Shown here: one piece after another, positions 25,182 through 36,582 of the stretch
Position numbering within the stretch: the first letter of the stretch is position 1
Layout of the letters: the number at the start of each line of letters is the position of its first letter
From: Lama guanicoe
Taxonomy: Eukaryota
Assembly: GCA_013239625.1 (NCBI GenBank)
Contig: MU053588.1
Coordinates: 1,808,508-1,872,507 of the forward strand
Length of the DNA stretch: 64,000 bases
Direction: 5' to 3'
Position numbers and translations under genes: made by a program
The notes under the pieces: generated by a model
Told to the model about the DNA's origin: nothing
Database searches by the model: none
Seen by the model: only the letters and a program-made list of their open reading frames with translations

Positions 25182-25880
25182 TTGTTGTGGGTTTTGCCCA
25201 GCAAAGATCCTACCGCAGAAGAAATTACTCAAGGCTTTATCAGGTCAAGAGAGTGAGAGGGAGCTGGAGACCAACTCCCTGAGCTCCTCCAAAGCTCTTG
25301 TATTTATTGAGAATAGTCAAACAAAGAGTCAAAGTAAAATGCCTCATAGGAATGAGTAACAGGCATGGCGTACCTGCAGGGATGCAGATCAGCAGTTTCA
25401 GTTCTTGAAAAACAGAAACATTATAATCTTAATTTATATTTAGAGAAAAGGTTACAATATTGATAGTACAAATGGTTGTTTTAAGCCTCAATCAATCATG
25501 AGCAAGGTTACAGTGTTCCAAATAATTGATAATGAAAACCCAGACCACCACAAAGTCTCCATACAATGATTAGAAATTGTCTAAGCATGCGAAGCAGCCC
25601 CGCTGTTCCCAGCTAAGGACTAAGTTACAGTCTTCTGTGAGCAAGAACAGCCTACACCATCCACCTACGCCTGATAAGGGAAGCATGTCCTGCCAGTTAG
25701 GGCAAGGGACGAGTTATGGTTTTCCACAAGTACAAGCAGCCCTCAATCTATGACCTTGAATTAAGCAAAGCAAGCAAAGCATGTCCCTGCTTTTTACAGC
25801 AAGGAGACAGATTGTAGCAATTCCTGCTAGCAAAGCAGCTTCAAGGCAACTAAGCTAAGTTCCATAGATATAAGGTGGTG
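25182..25880 (-). mobile_element. ERV LTR (probable solo)
   Basis: tgttgtggg start; AATAAA on - strand at ~25303; LTR-like composition. Ends approximate. Confidence 0.55.
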
Positions 25881-26830
25881 ACTGGTATTGAGAGTTTAGT
25901 CTTTTAAGCTTTTGGACATTTTGCTTTGAAGCAGCAGTATAAAGTCAAATATAGAAAGCATTGGTTTTTATTATACATTTCTTATGTGTTTACATAAAGG
26001 TGAGAATATGATTTGGTAAAAGCAATTATTATAATATCAAAGTTTGTTAACCCAAGTTTGCACTCCCACAGATCAACCTTGTAATAACATCTGTCCTGCA
26101 ACAAGTTATTTTCTAACCAAATCCTTGTAGTACGTGCAGTCATATTGCCCAATAGCTAATCAGACGAACAGTGACATCGTGCAGATCCATGATGTTAATT
26201 CAATTGTGTTATCTTCACTCCTTGTTCTTCCTAACCCACCCACATTGGAGACCAGCCTACCCTTGGTAAATATTTCACTCTAATAATTCTATGGGCCATC
26301 CTTTGTCTACTACTTGAGCACTGATAACAGTGTCTGGTACAGAGAAAATGTTGAACACATATTTATTGAATGAAACAGTAAGTTCTTATTTTTTTCACAG
26401 ACCAAATTTTTCCAGCATAGCATGACAACCTCTTTCTTCTCCCCAGTTCTAAACAAATTATTTAGGTTATGTTGAGTCTCTGACCAATCAATAATTATTT
26501 AATAGACGGATGACTTGGCTCTTCTTCAAAAGGTGTATTAAAAAAAAAAAGATGGTCATTTTGCTTTACTCTCTAGCCTACAAATTTTTGGTAACATTCT
26601 TACGCTGTCCAAGTTTGATTCTTTTCTTGCTGTCCTTTTCCCCAAGTCACTACTGTGAACACATCTTGGAAAGATAAATTTCCACATAAACCTCTACAGA
26701 GAGTTCACTCCTCAGAGGGTCATTGAAGTGCTTGTCCAGAATCCACACTCCGGTAGGACCATGAGGCAGTGTAGCCCAGCCCATGATTTCACTTGATTAT
26801 CATTCTTGGATGGGTCAGTCAGTCTTCTGC

Positions 26831-26844
26831 CCACTAGAGGGCAG
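26831..26844 (+). promoter_or_regulatory. CTCF consensus motif CCACTAGAGGGCAG
   Basis: Near-perfect match to CCASYAGRKGGCRS in non-repeat sequence. Motif only. Confidence 0.55.
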
Positions 26845-27394
26845 TCAAGTTCAATTCTTGATGGAAACAAGGGCTTGAAAAAAAGGAGTTCTGGGGCTTT
26901 TCCAGATTTGCTGATGGCTTGTGAGACCATGGATGCTGTGAGAAAACAATGCGTGAGCTGTCACACACCATTCATGTCTTCCTGTGAGTGTTGTCTGGGG
27001 TCATGTCAGAGTAGTGTATTAAGTACTTACTCTGCTGTTAACTTGCTGAGTGGACATCTTTTCTGGAATTTCATCTATATTTTGAGATGGACTATTTCTG
27101 GGAGTACCCACAGAACTGGAACTGAGCTTCCCCATTCAAAATCTACTGGCTCACTGACTTCAAATAAGCAAAAAAAAAAAAATTGGTGAAACATTCTTGT
27201 CTTGGTTCCTTTTTACCCTTTGTGTTTCACCGAGGAAAATGACACCAAAGTGGTCTTATTCATTCTGCTGGGTTTGTTAAAATTAGGCTACATTCAGATA
27301 AGTGTTACCCTAAAATTTCCCAGTGCCTCTTGTGGAGAATATTACTATGCTCCACAGAATAACATCAATCCTGGGACAAATTATTCTTTTAACC

Positions 27395-27559
27395 CACTGG
27401 TTCTCAGTTCACATTCCAATCACCTGGAGCTTTAAAAACTACTGATGCCCAAATCCCTTCCTTCGAGATTCTGACTTTATCATCAGAAGCATCCTAGGAT
27501 TGGGGTTTTTAAGAGCTTCCCAGGTAATTTTAATGCATAGGCAGCGTTAGAACCACTGT
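27395..27559. mobile_element. MER5-like hAT DNA transposon
   Basis: cactggttctca...ttagaaccactg terminal inverted repeats; aatcacctggagcttt...gagattctgact. Confidence 0.7.
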
Positions 27560-29364
27560 TCTAACCAAACATTTGCAAGAGCCCCACAACTCTGGTTTGA
27601 AAGCTAATGAGAATAATCTACTCATTTGTTAATTCAGTTATGTTGCCTTCATTTCTCATAGTTCCTAATCCACCCACAATCCTGGCCAGTTGAAACACTA
27701 TGAACTATGTCACTGTAATACTCCTACATTTCCCATCCCTTGTTTATTCCAGCACTTTTAACAGTTTCTGACAAGGTATGTGTTAAGCATATATTTACTG
27801 GATTAATGAGTCCCTATTCTCGGGACATATTCTTTCACAATACCAAGGTCTCCAATATACCCAGAACCATTCTCTTTTCATCCAAATTTTAAAATGTAAG
27901 TGACATTGTGTTTCCTGGGGAATCATTACTCCATGAATACGTTGTTTCTTATGGGCTTTTCCTTCACTAGGTGTATTAAAGAAAGATGGACATTTTGCTT
28001 TCGTGTCTAGCCTGTAGGACCAAGCTTACAAAGGAAAATTTCTGTTGTGCTTGATATGACTCCACTGGCTAGGACAGCATACTCCAGCGGGAGGCTGGTG
28101 GATCTCCACATCAGGGAGAGACACTGTTCTCACGTTTCCCAGACCTATTGGAGTTTCACAGATGCTTTTCTTTACAAATGAGTGAATACTGCCAATGGTG
28201 GGAAACCATATTCACTACCCCAAGGGCATTATAAATAACTCAGGCTGAGCCCCTGAAACTTCTAGCCCTCGTGATTCTCTTCTAAATGCTTTTGAAGCTG
28301 TCCCACCTCCCTGTGCATGGCTCTTTGCCACGTGTGATAACAAAGGATGTGTATGTGTGTGTTTGGAGGTGATGTAACTTAGTCTCTTCCCTGTCCTAAG
28401 GATATACTATGTACTTATAGGAACACTCAGAGGCCACAGCTGAAATGGTCAGGAACTTGAACTTTGGGGTCATTCAGGTTCAAGTCCAAGCACCTTTCCT
28501 TTCCTTATGGTTTGTTTGGCAGCAAGCAGCTCTTTCTTTAGGCCTGACCCTCTCATTAGGGGGCAGAAACTCTTTCCTAATGTATGTGGCTTCCTTGGGA
28601 TCCCTCAAGAACCAAGTGAAGAAGACTCCAAGCTGGTTTCAGAAATCCAAGGAAATTCCAAGTGATTCTATGAACCTTTCGACATCCACCAGCAGTGTCA
28701 GAGCAGGAAACGGTGAAGCCCAAAGTGAACTTTGAAGAGAAACCATTAGAATGTGTTTAAAGTTAAGGAGATCTACATGTTACCTTTGAATGTCACCAGT
28801 TTAGCAAAGCCTGCTGCTACTGTAAGGCTGTGGGACAGACGTGTGATGAATAAATACAGGGTAAACAATTCAGAAACTGCTATATTCTCAATCAGTGGGA
28901 GAATATTTTTGCTGAAGCAAAGAGCTCTTCTTCCCAAAGAATCATTCCAAACGGTTCTGAAGGGAAATCCAGATAAGTAACCCCAAAGGATGACTTGGTG
29001 TCCATCAAGCTTTTGCAGCGGTAATAAACACTACCAAATTCTCAATGGTTTATGACAATAGTTTATGCTTTTTACTTACACCACATATCTGCTCTGGGTG
29101 GGCTATAGCTCTGCTCTCTGCATCTTCCTCAATTCAAGATTCAGCCTGAAGAAGCCTTGCCTATTTGGGACATCCCATTCGTATGACAAGATGGAAAATG
29201 TAAATGATGGAAGTGGCCAACGCTCTTCAAACTTGTATTCAGAAGTGACATTTATCACTACTGCCCACATTTCACTGGTCAAATGGCCAAGCCTGACGTC
29301 ATTGGGTGGTAGGTCTACTCCTCTGTTGAGACCAATAACATAACTGACCTCCCCAATGCACTTT

Positions 29365-29454
29365 GGTTGTTGTTGTTAGTTGAGGTCCTGGGGATTGAAC
29401 CCAGGACCTTGTGCATGCTAAGCACCCACTCTCCTATTGAGCTATACCCTCCCC
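29365..29454 (-). mobile_element. tRNA-derived SINE
   Basis: Family consensus match. Confidence 0.85.
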
Positions 29455-30315
29455 GCTGAAGGCATTTTGGAAGAACACGTTAAGACCTGATAACTGTGAT
29501 TCTGTGTGGGGTTGCAGTGGGAACTGAGTGCATGGGGAACAGGCAAGGAAGACTCTTCCCTGTATTTTTTTATACCTTTTCTCTTATGAGCCTGGTGAAA
29601 CTACTACCTATTCAAAAAATAAAATATATGAAAGTGTAAAAGTTAAGCAAAAATATGTCATTTTCATATTTCAGATGTTCTTGAAAACACTTTAACACAT
29701 AACATATACAATATATGCTTTGTTCTATTTTGATTTCACCTGTCACTTAAAATATTTTGGAAGAGACAAGATTAATCTTCCACTAAGTAATCAGTCTTTA
29801 TTGGTTATGACACAAAGGGATTACAGATTCTGAAATTTCCGAAGTTCCTCAGTAGACCTCCATTCCTAATTTTCCAGATGTAAGTTTAGAAATTTGGGCC
29901 TTGTAGTTGTTTCTTTACTCATCTTGGTTAATATCCATGGGTTTTAGTATTGGCAAGCTGTTGAGTCAAGTTTTATTCTTGTAAAACCAACCTTTGCAGT
30001 GAGGCAAACATAAGATACTTTCTACAATGCAAGGGAAAGAATCTGCATCAATCAGGATTTTTCTAAAAACCTGCTTCAGAATATCCAATATTTATTCTAC
30101 ATGTTTTCTGTTGTTTTCTGCTGACACTCTTCCCTTTTTTCCAACGGTGCAAGAATTGCTTTCTTTTCCCTTATTTACAGCCCGCCTCCCCCCAATAAAA
30201 CTGTTTTAGTTGTAGAATTAGCAAACGACTCTGTGTTACATGAATTGAAAAGAGAATGAATGGCAGGATTCTCTAAAGGTAGTTTCCTCTTCGATGTACA
30301 GGACATTGTGTGTAA

Positions 30316-30794
30316 CTATTCTCCGACTTTCAGCCAATCGCAGCCAAGTTCTGTGGCCAAACGACTTAGAGCCACAGATGCAAAGAGATCTTCGATAAAC
30401 GTAAAATAATCCAGGTAGACGTTGGGGTAACGCGTTTGCCAGCTGGCTTCGTGGGCTACTTCCCTTGCTCTACACACATCCAGAAGCACCCAGTTGGGTT
30501 CGTCAAATCCTCTTAGCCGGCTGCCGTGGGCGCTGGGCACCTCTTCCCCACAGGCTGCGCTTTCCCGAAGCCAGGCCCGAAGCCGCCGGGGCTTGTGCTG
30601 GGGACGTGTGAACGCAGCCAGACCGGGCCGTCCCCATGCCCGGCCGGCTCTCGGGGTCTCCCCGGCCAGCCCTGTCCGTCACCCGGGTTCCTCACGCCGC
30701 GCTGGGACCGCCTCCCGCCAGCGGTAGGACGTCGCGGTCGCCATTCACCGCGCCCGTCGGCGGAACTACTACCGTCCGTGGGCATCTCTCGCAC
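30316..30794 (-). pseudogene. EID2-like paralogue, frameshifted pseudogene
   Basis: Across frames: VREMPTDGS / VPPTGAVNGDRDVL...AA* ... PESRPG / RPGLAA ... LDVCRAREVAHEA...LATELGCDWLKVGE*. Aligns to the EID2 N- and C-termini. Start codon is GTG; at least 2 frameshifts and 1 stop. 3'UTR block ttctacaatgca.gg.aaagaatctg at ~30020 is shared with EID2 at ~18128. AATAAA on - strand at 29797-29802. Confidence 0.88.
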
Positions 30795-31030
30795 TTCTAA
30801 CCGCGGGGTCAGCCTGTCCGCGCTCTGACAAAACGGGAATAACGTGGCAGCGCGATTGCGCATGTGAATACGTACGCACGTGCACGTGCGCGCGCGTGCG
30901 CGTATACTCGCGAGAGTGCGCGTTTAACTCGCGGGCTTATGTGGAGGGAGACGCTGCTGACAAGAATGTTATTTGTTCTAAGTTTGGGCCAGGCTGCGGT
31001 TGCTCCGAGTCCCAAACGAACGACGAGGGC
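30795..31030 (-). promoter_or_regulatory. CpG-island promoter-like region of the EID2-like paralogue
   Basis: Dense CpG; TGCGCATG at 30857-30864; tandem CACGTG at 30877-30888; ACTCGCGAGA at 30906-30915. Confidence 0.65.
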
Positions 31031-31174
31031 TGCTTCCTATTTTAAAATTTAGTCAAGTAATTCTTGGTAAGACACCTACATCATCGATATTTTGGTCCCT
31101 GTGCTAATTTAGAAAGCTGTGCACATTTTGGTGCTGGAGGCCTGAAACTGTTCTCCTATGGCTGCTGTTACGTC

Positions 31175-31420
31175 GGTTACTTTTTCCCCTCTTGACGTTC
31201 CCCTCGTGCTTTTCTCCTTCCCCTCCTGTCTTCCATTTCCCCCTCTTTCCCTTCTTTTCCACCCTCTCTTCCCCTGCTACCTCGTCCTTCCACCTCTCCC
31301 TGACTTCTCTCTCTCTTATCCTTTTCTTCATCTTCTCTCCTCCCGGCCTTTCGTTTTCCTTCTCCCAGCCTCCCTTTCTTCCATTTCTTCCTCCCCACCC
31401 CCTAACCCTTGCCCTCTGTC
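31175..31420 (+). repeat. CT-rich low-complexity (polypyrimidine) tract
   Basis: About 245 bp, almost all C/T on the + strand. Confidence 0.85.
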
Positions 31421-32985
31421 TCAAGTCGAAGTCCTTCTGGTAGGCCTCTCTGCCTACTCTACTGTTGTGACTCCTCGAAGTTTCAGCCCAGACCGCTTCT
31501 AACTTCTAGCAGATCTGTCTTCCAGACTCACTTGTAATGCCACCTTTTCTATTATTTGTTTTTTATCGACACCAATGCAGTATGTCTTACTCTAATTGTA
31601 TCAAGCACTTTAATATGTGATCTGTTGACATCAAATGAAGCTGAGTCTTCCCTCCTAGTTCTTCAAGATTGTCTTAGCTATCCTTGACCTTTTTACACTG
31701 TGTGTGAATTTTTGAGTCTGAGAATTTCTTTAAAGTCCTATTGGGATTTTGCTTAGAAATTCATGACTTATTCGATTAATTTACGGGAGAACTGGAATCT
31801 TTAAAATTGATTCTTTTCCATTCATGTGATGTGTGTGTCCACTTATTCAGTTTTGTATTACATTCTGTAAGTTCTATAGGTTTTTTTCCTAATTGATTTG
31901 TGGACATAGATAGTAAAACTGTAACTCGAATGAATGAGAAACAAATTCAAAATAGAGTTTACTTGGGAAGGTGAGTAAAGTGGAGGCAGTGGGGAGGGAC
32001 AACTAGGGAGATTATAAGGTACTAATGTTTTATTTCTGAAGCTTGGTGGTGGGTACATGAATATTTTGTTTTTTTTTAATTTTAATTATTCTGATTTGTG
32101 AGTTTTATGTGCATAATTTCACAATTTAAACAAATCCTTCGTGCCTTTTATTTGATTGAATTTTAGGAGCATTAAGGGTTTAGTTGCTATTGTGAATAAG
32201 CTCTTTATTGCAAATGGACTCTTAAGCTGGTGTATAAGAATGCCATTGGTTTTCATGTCTTGTCCAGTAACTTCGCTGAATGTTTGTAAGTTCTAATAGA
32301 CTTTTAAAAAGTTTCTTTGCCAACTGTTAATAATTTGAGCTTTCTCTCTTTTTTCTTGCTCAGTATACCTAAAGGTTGCCAGTTTTGTTAATCTTTTCAA
32401 GGAACCAACTTTTGGTTTTTGATTTTGTCTATTGTTTTTCTCCTTTCTACTTCATTTATTTCTTTTCTCATCTTTTATTATTTCCTTCTGCTTGTTTTGG
32501 ATTTAGTTTGCTCTTCCAGTTTCTTAAGGTGAAAGGTTATTTATTTGAAAGTTTTCTTTTGTGTTAATTTAGGAATTTATAACTATAAATTTCCCTGCAA
32601 ACATTACTTTTGCTGCATCTCATAAGTTTAGGTATGTTGTGTTTTTGTTTTTATTTATCTAAAAATATTTTCTAATTTCTCTTGTGATTTGTTCTTTGAC
32701 CAGTTGGTTATATGGGAGTGCATTGTTTAATTTCCACACATTTGTGAATTTCCCAAATTTCTTTCTATTCTTGGTTTCTAATTTAGTTCCATTGTGCTCA
32801 ACATACTTTGTATGATTTCAGTCCTTTAATGTTTTTGAGAATTGTTTCATGGCCTAACATGTTCTATTCTGGACAATAATCCATGTGCCTTTGAGGAGAA
32901 TCTGCATTCTCCTGTTGTTGGGTGAACTGTAGATTTCTGTTAGACCTAATTGTTTTATAGTGTTGTGCAAGTCTTCTATTTTCTT

Positions 32986-33228
32986 TTTTTCTTTAACATT
33001 TTTTATTGATTTATAATCATTTTACAATGTTGTGTCAAATTCCAGTGTTCAGCACAATTTTTCAGTCATTCATGGACATATACACACTCATTGTCACATT
33101 TTTTTCTCTGTGAGTTATCATAACATTTTGTGTATATTTCCCTGTGCTATATACAGTATAATCTTGTTTATCTTTTCTACAATTTTGAAATCCCAGTCTA
33201 TCCCTTCCCACCCTCCACCCCCCTGGGA
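32986..33228 (-). mobile_element. Young L1 3'-end insertion nested in an older L1
   Basis: TSD aagtcttctattttctt at 32969-32985 and 33229-33245. Confidence 0.92.
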
Positions 33229-33309
33229 AAGTCTTCTATTTTCTTGATCTTCTGTCTAGTTGTACTATTCATTATTGAAAGAGGAGTATTAAAGTCTCCA
33301 ATTGTTACT

Positions 33310-33472
33310 GTTTTTTTTTTATTTTTTTAATTAAATTAAAAAAATTTTGTTTTGTTTTGGTGGGGGAGGTAATTAGATTTATTTACTAATTTTAATGGAG
33401 GTACTGGGGATTGAATCCAGGGCCTTGTGCATGCTAAGCACGCAGTCTACCACTGAGCTATGCTTTCCCCCC
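33310..33472 (-). mobile_element. tRNA-derived SINE
   Basis: Family consensus match. Confidence 0.85.
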
Positions 33473-34106
33473 TAGATGAAATGCTGCCTTTTACGATGTT
33501 GTTCTTTGTCTCTAGTAATAATTTTTATCTTCTTTTTTTAATTGAAGTGTAGTTGATTTATAATGTTAGTTTCTGGTGTACAGCAAAGTGATTCAGTTGT
33601 ACATATATATATTTTTTTCTGATACTTTTCCATTACAAGTTATTATAAGAAATTGAAGATAGTTCCCTGTGCCACACAGTAGGTCCTGTTGTTCATCTAT
33701 TCTACATGTATAGTAACGTGTGTCTGTTAATCCAAAACTCCTAATTTTTCCCTTCCCTGCCTTTTCCCTTTGGTAACTATAGTTTGTTTTCTATGTCCAT
33801 GAGTCTATTTTTGGTTTATAAATAAGATTTGTATCATTTTTTAAAATTTCACGTATAATAGATAGCATATGATATTTGTCTTTCTCTCACTTAGTATGAT
33901 AATCTCTATGTCCATGTTGCTGCAAATGGCATAATTTCATTCTTTTTTATGGTTGAATAATATTTCATTGTATATATACACCACATCTTTTTTAATCCAG
34001 TATCTGTCCTCGCTCTTTCCCATCTGCTGCCACACCCCTCTTGGTGGGGACCACTTACTCTTTTTTCCCTGAAGCAAGAACCAAATTGTATTAATTTCTT
34101 AGAAGT

Positions 34107-34112
34107 TTTAAT
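34107..34112 (-). terminator. Galectin polyadenylation signal ATTAAA
   Basis: tttaat on + strand, ~120 nt after the stop codon. Confidence 0.7.
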
Positions 34113-34228
34113 GACCAAGTTTTGGGGAAGGGTGGGGAGGAAGCATTCTGTTAGTGAACTCTGGGAGTCTCATGGTCACTTAGATGGCGGGATCTCCTTG
34201 ACGGTGGGGAGTTTGGTCACATCCCTCT

Positions 34229-34342
34229 CTAGCAGATACACACTGAGGTCAGAGAGACATCTCTCCACACCTGCACCAACTTCACAGATTGCGGTGGGAG
34301 TCGATGGTTAAGGCTGTAAAGATGCTTGCCATTTACCATTAC
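34229..34342 (-). CDS. Galectin coding exon 4 ([37 protein letters not shown])
   Basis: tctttcag|GTA...TAG, 114 nt, open. Not in the ORF track; translated by hand. Confidence 0.95.
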   Translation of the reverse strand, partial: VMVNGKHLYSLNHRLPPQSVKLVQVWRDVSLTSVCIC

Positions 34343-35796
34343 CTGAAAGAGAAAATGTGTCAGAAATACAGTATGCCATCAAACAAACTCAGTCTTCCTT
34401 TCTGTTTCTGCCCTAGTATACACACCATCTACTAGGAAAACCCCTTCTCACACTTCAAAACCTGGTAGATATGCTGCTTTTTTATCGACTACGTTTGTGA
34501 CTCTTTTGGAGTCTTGTTCACTCTATTTTCGGTACTTCTCTTATTCCTCCAGTGAGGTTCTACCACTGTCTGTTGCATGGTCTATATTTGTTTGGCGTTT
34601 CCTCTCACTTCAAAGATTCTCATGGCCAAGAATTGTCTCTCATGAATCTTGAATCCCTGTATCTTGCCCAGAGCATCACAGGCTGAATGGTTGACAAGTG
34701 TTCATTGAATGCATACATCTCAGTTCTGCAAATCTTTGCTGCCATTTACTCTGATGACCCAGTTTTTCCTTTGAGTAGCCCAGATCTGGAGTGATGGTGT
34801 GAAGAATGAAACTCAAGTGATCTTAAAGAAGTAGAAGCGTACATATAGCTAAAAAATAGTATATTATTTTAACAGCTTATAAACATATGAAATGATGCTT
34901 CACCTTGGTCTTAAAAATGTTATTGTTTAGCCTAGCTATTTAAAAAGTTCAGACTGTTTGAACATACTCTTTGTTGGTGAGGCTGTGGAGAAGCAGTCAC
35001 TTTTTAGGTGTTCATTTGTCATATTTAAAATGCATGTGCTTTTTGAATCAGTTCCTCCAGTGTTAAGTACTGGGAAGTTGATAGTGACAAAAGTGTGGTA
35101 TCAAAACCGTAATGCGGCATCATTTGTGAGAGCAGAATATTGGAAACAACCTAAGTGTGCGTTAATAAAGGTCAAGTTAGATCATGTTCGGTAATCCTTC
35201 TACTGGAATAATATGCAAACATTAAATAATGATAGAGCATAATGGATAGAAGGATTTCTCTATGATACATTCTTTGACTGCAAATAAACTCTAGTCCTCA
35301 TGGTATAATATATAGAGAAACTTACAACACTGTTTAAAAATAAATGAAAGTACATATAAGGTAGACAGGTGGAGGTACTTGTATAAGCGTGTATTATCTC
35401 TGGAAGAAACGTAAAGAAACTAGGAACAGTTGTGCTGGCTTGAGAATGAGAGAAAGACTTAATTTGGGGTGGATCATGATTATTCGTATGCATATTTTAA
35501 TCATTTAGCTACACAAAAATTCAAATAATAACAGCATAGGTAGAAATAACTGTGGGTGAAGTCAGAGGAAATTCTCCACTTTGAGGGAAATGGCATGTGA
35601 GCTGATCTTGACCCTGATTAGATTTGGGAAAAGACCTGAGGATGGTGGTACAGGCAGAGGGTGCTTTGTCATTAAAGGGGCAAGAGTAGTTATGGGAGGT
35701 GGATCCTGAAGGACCCTGGGGCAAGCCAGGAAGGGAGAGCTGTGTCCTGTGAGGCCTGTGGAGGCTGTGGACCTGATGGTTCCTGGGCACCCTTAC

Positions 35797-36007
35797 CTGG
35801 TACTCATTTTGTAGCACCAAGATGTGCAGTTCAAATTCTTGGCCCTCCACAAAGGGCACTTCGCAGGATGAAACCTCGCAGTTCCAACTCCCATTCTGAC
35901 GGCTGTTTAGCTTCACAGATATGCCAAAGTACACTCGGAAATGGAAAGCGATGTCCGAGTTCTCATCAGTTCCAGTATGGAAATCCACCTGCATTTGTGG
36001 GTGCTTG
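35797..36007 (-). CDS. Galectin coding exon 3 (KHPQMQVDFHTGTDENSDIAFHFRVYFG...WNCE...PFVEGQEFELHILVLQNEYQ)
   Basis: catcag|C...CAG|gtaagg, 211 nt; galectin carbohydrate-recognition-domain motifs. Confidence 0.95.
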
Positions 36008-36505
36008 CTGATGGGCAAAGCACATAGCATGTTGAACAGGGTCCCTTTCTTGTGGGGGACCCACATTTGACATACACATACACGTTCTTTCCCAACTCCT
36101 CCCTGGTAGAAGGGAGGCCTTCCTGGGGGATATTATAATCCTTGTTCTGAGGGGCTGCTTAAGCTCATCCTGCCCAGGGTGGAGAGATGCCCTGTTCCTT
36201 GGCCCAAGACTCAAATTGGGCAGCAGTCACTGGCCTGGCCCTACCCATGGCTCATCCCCCGGCAAGCCTGTGCCCCTTGATAAAGAGCCACAGCCCTGAC
36301 TCCTTTCCCCAGACCCCACAGCCTGCCAGCAGTCCTGCACCTGTAGGCTTAATGCCTGATACCAGAGGGTCTCCAGGACCTGCACCTGCATGGTGGTGCC
36401 ATTATGCTAGTTATGCATTTTAACATCACTCGTACATGAAGTGACCCCCAACTCTGATATTATCACTTCTCCTTCCCCTCCCCACCCCTGAAATAGAGTA
36501 CCCAC

Positions 36506-36582
36506 CTGAAACAGATAGCAGGTTTCCCTCTGACTGTCACTGAAGAACCAACAGACAAGGACACAGCCCGTGTGTAGGGGAC
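36506..36582 (-). CDS. Galectin coding exon 2 (VPYTRAVSLSVGSSVTVRGKPAICF-S); non-canonical AA acceptor
   Basis: 77 nt, open frame, donor AG|gtgggt. Preceded by ctccccacggcaa, with no AG at the expected position. Confidence 0.88.

Larger units (their letters stand above)
32290..33995 (-). mobile_element. LINE-1 remnants with nested young L1 and SINE
   Basis: ORF2 endonuclease-region antisense words; [27 protein letters not shown]. Confidence 0.8.

Noticed and set aside
31104..31502. Lys/Glu/Arg-rich and Phe/Ser/Pro-rich ORFs
   Set aside because: Translations of the polypurine/polypyrimidine tract.
35521..36066. 181-aa ORF as a single-exon gene
   Set aside because: Only 35797-36007 is galectin exon 3; the flanks are intronic.
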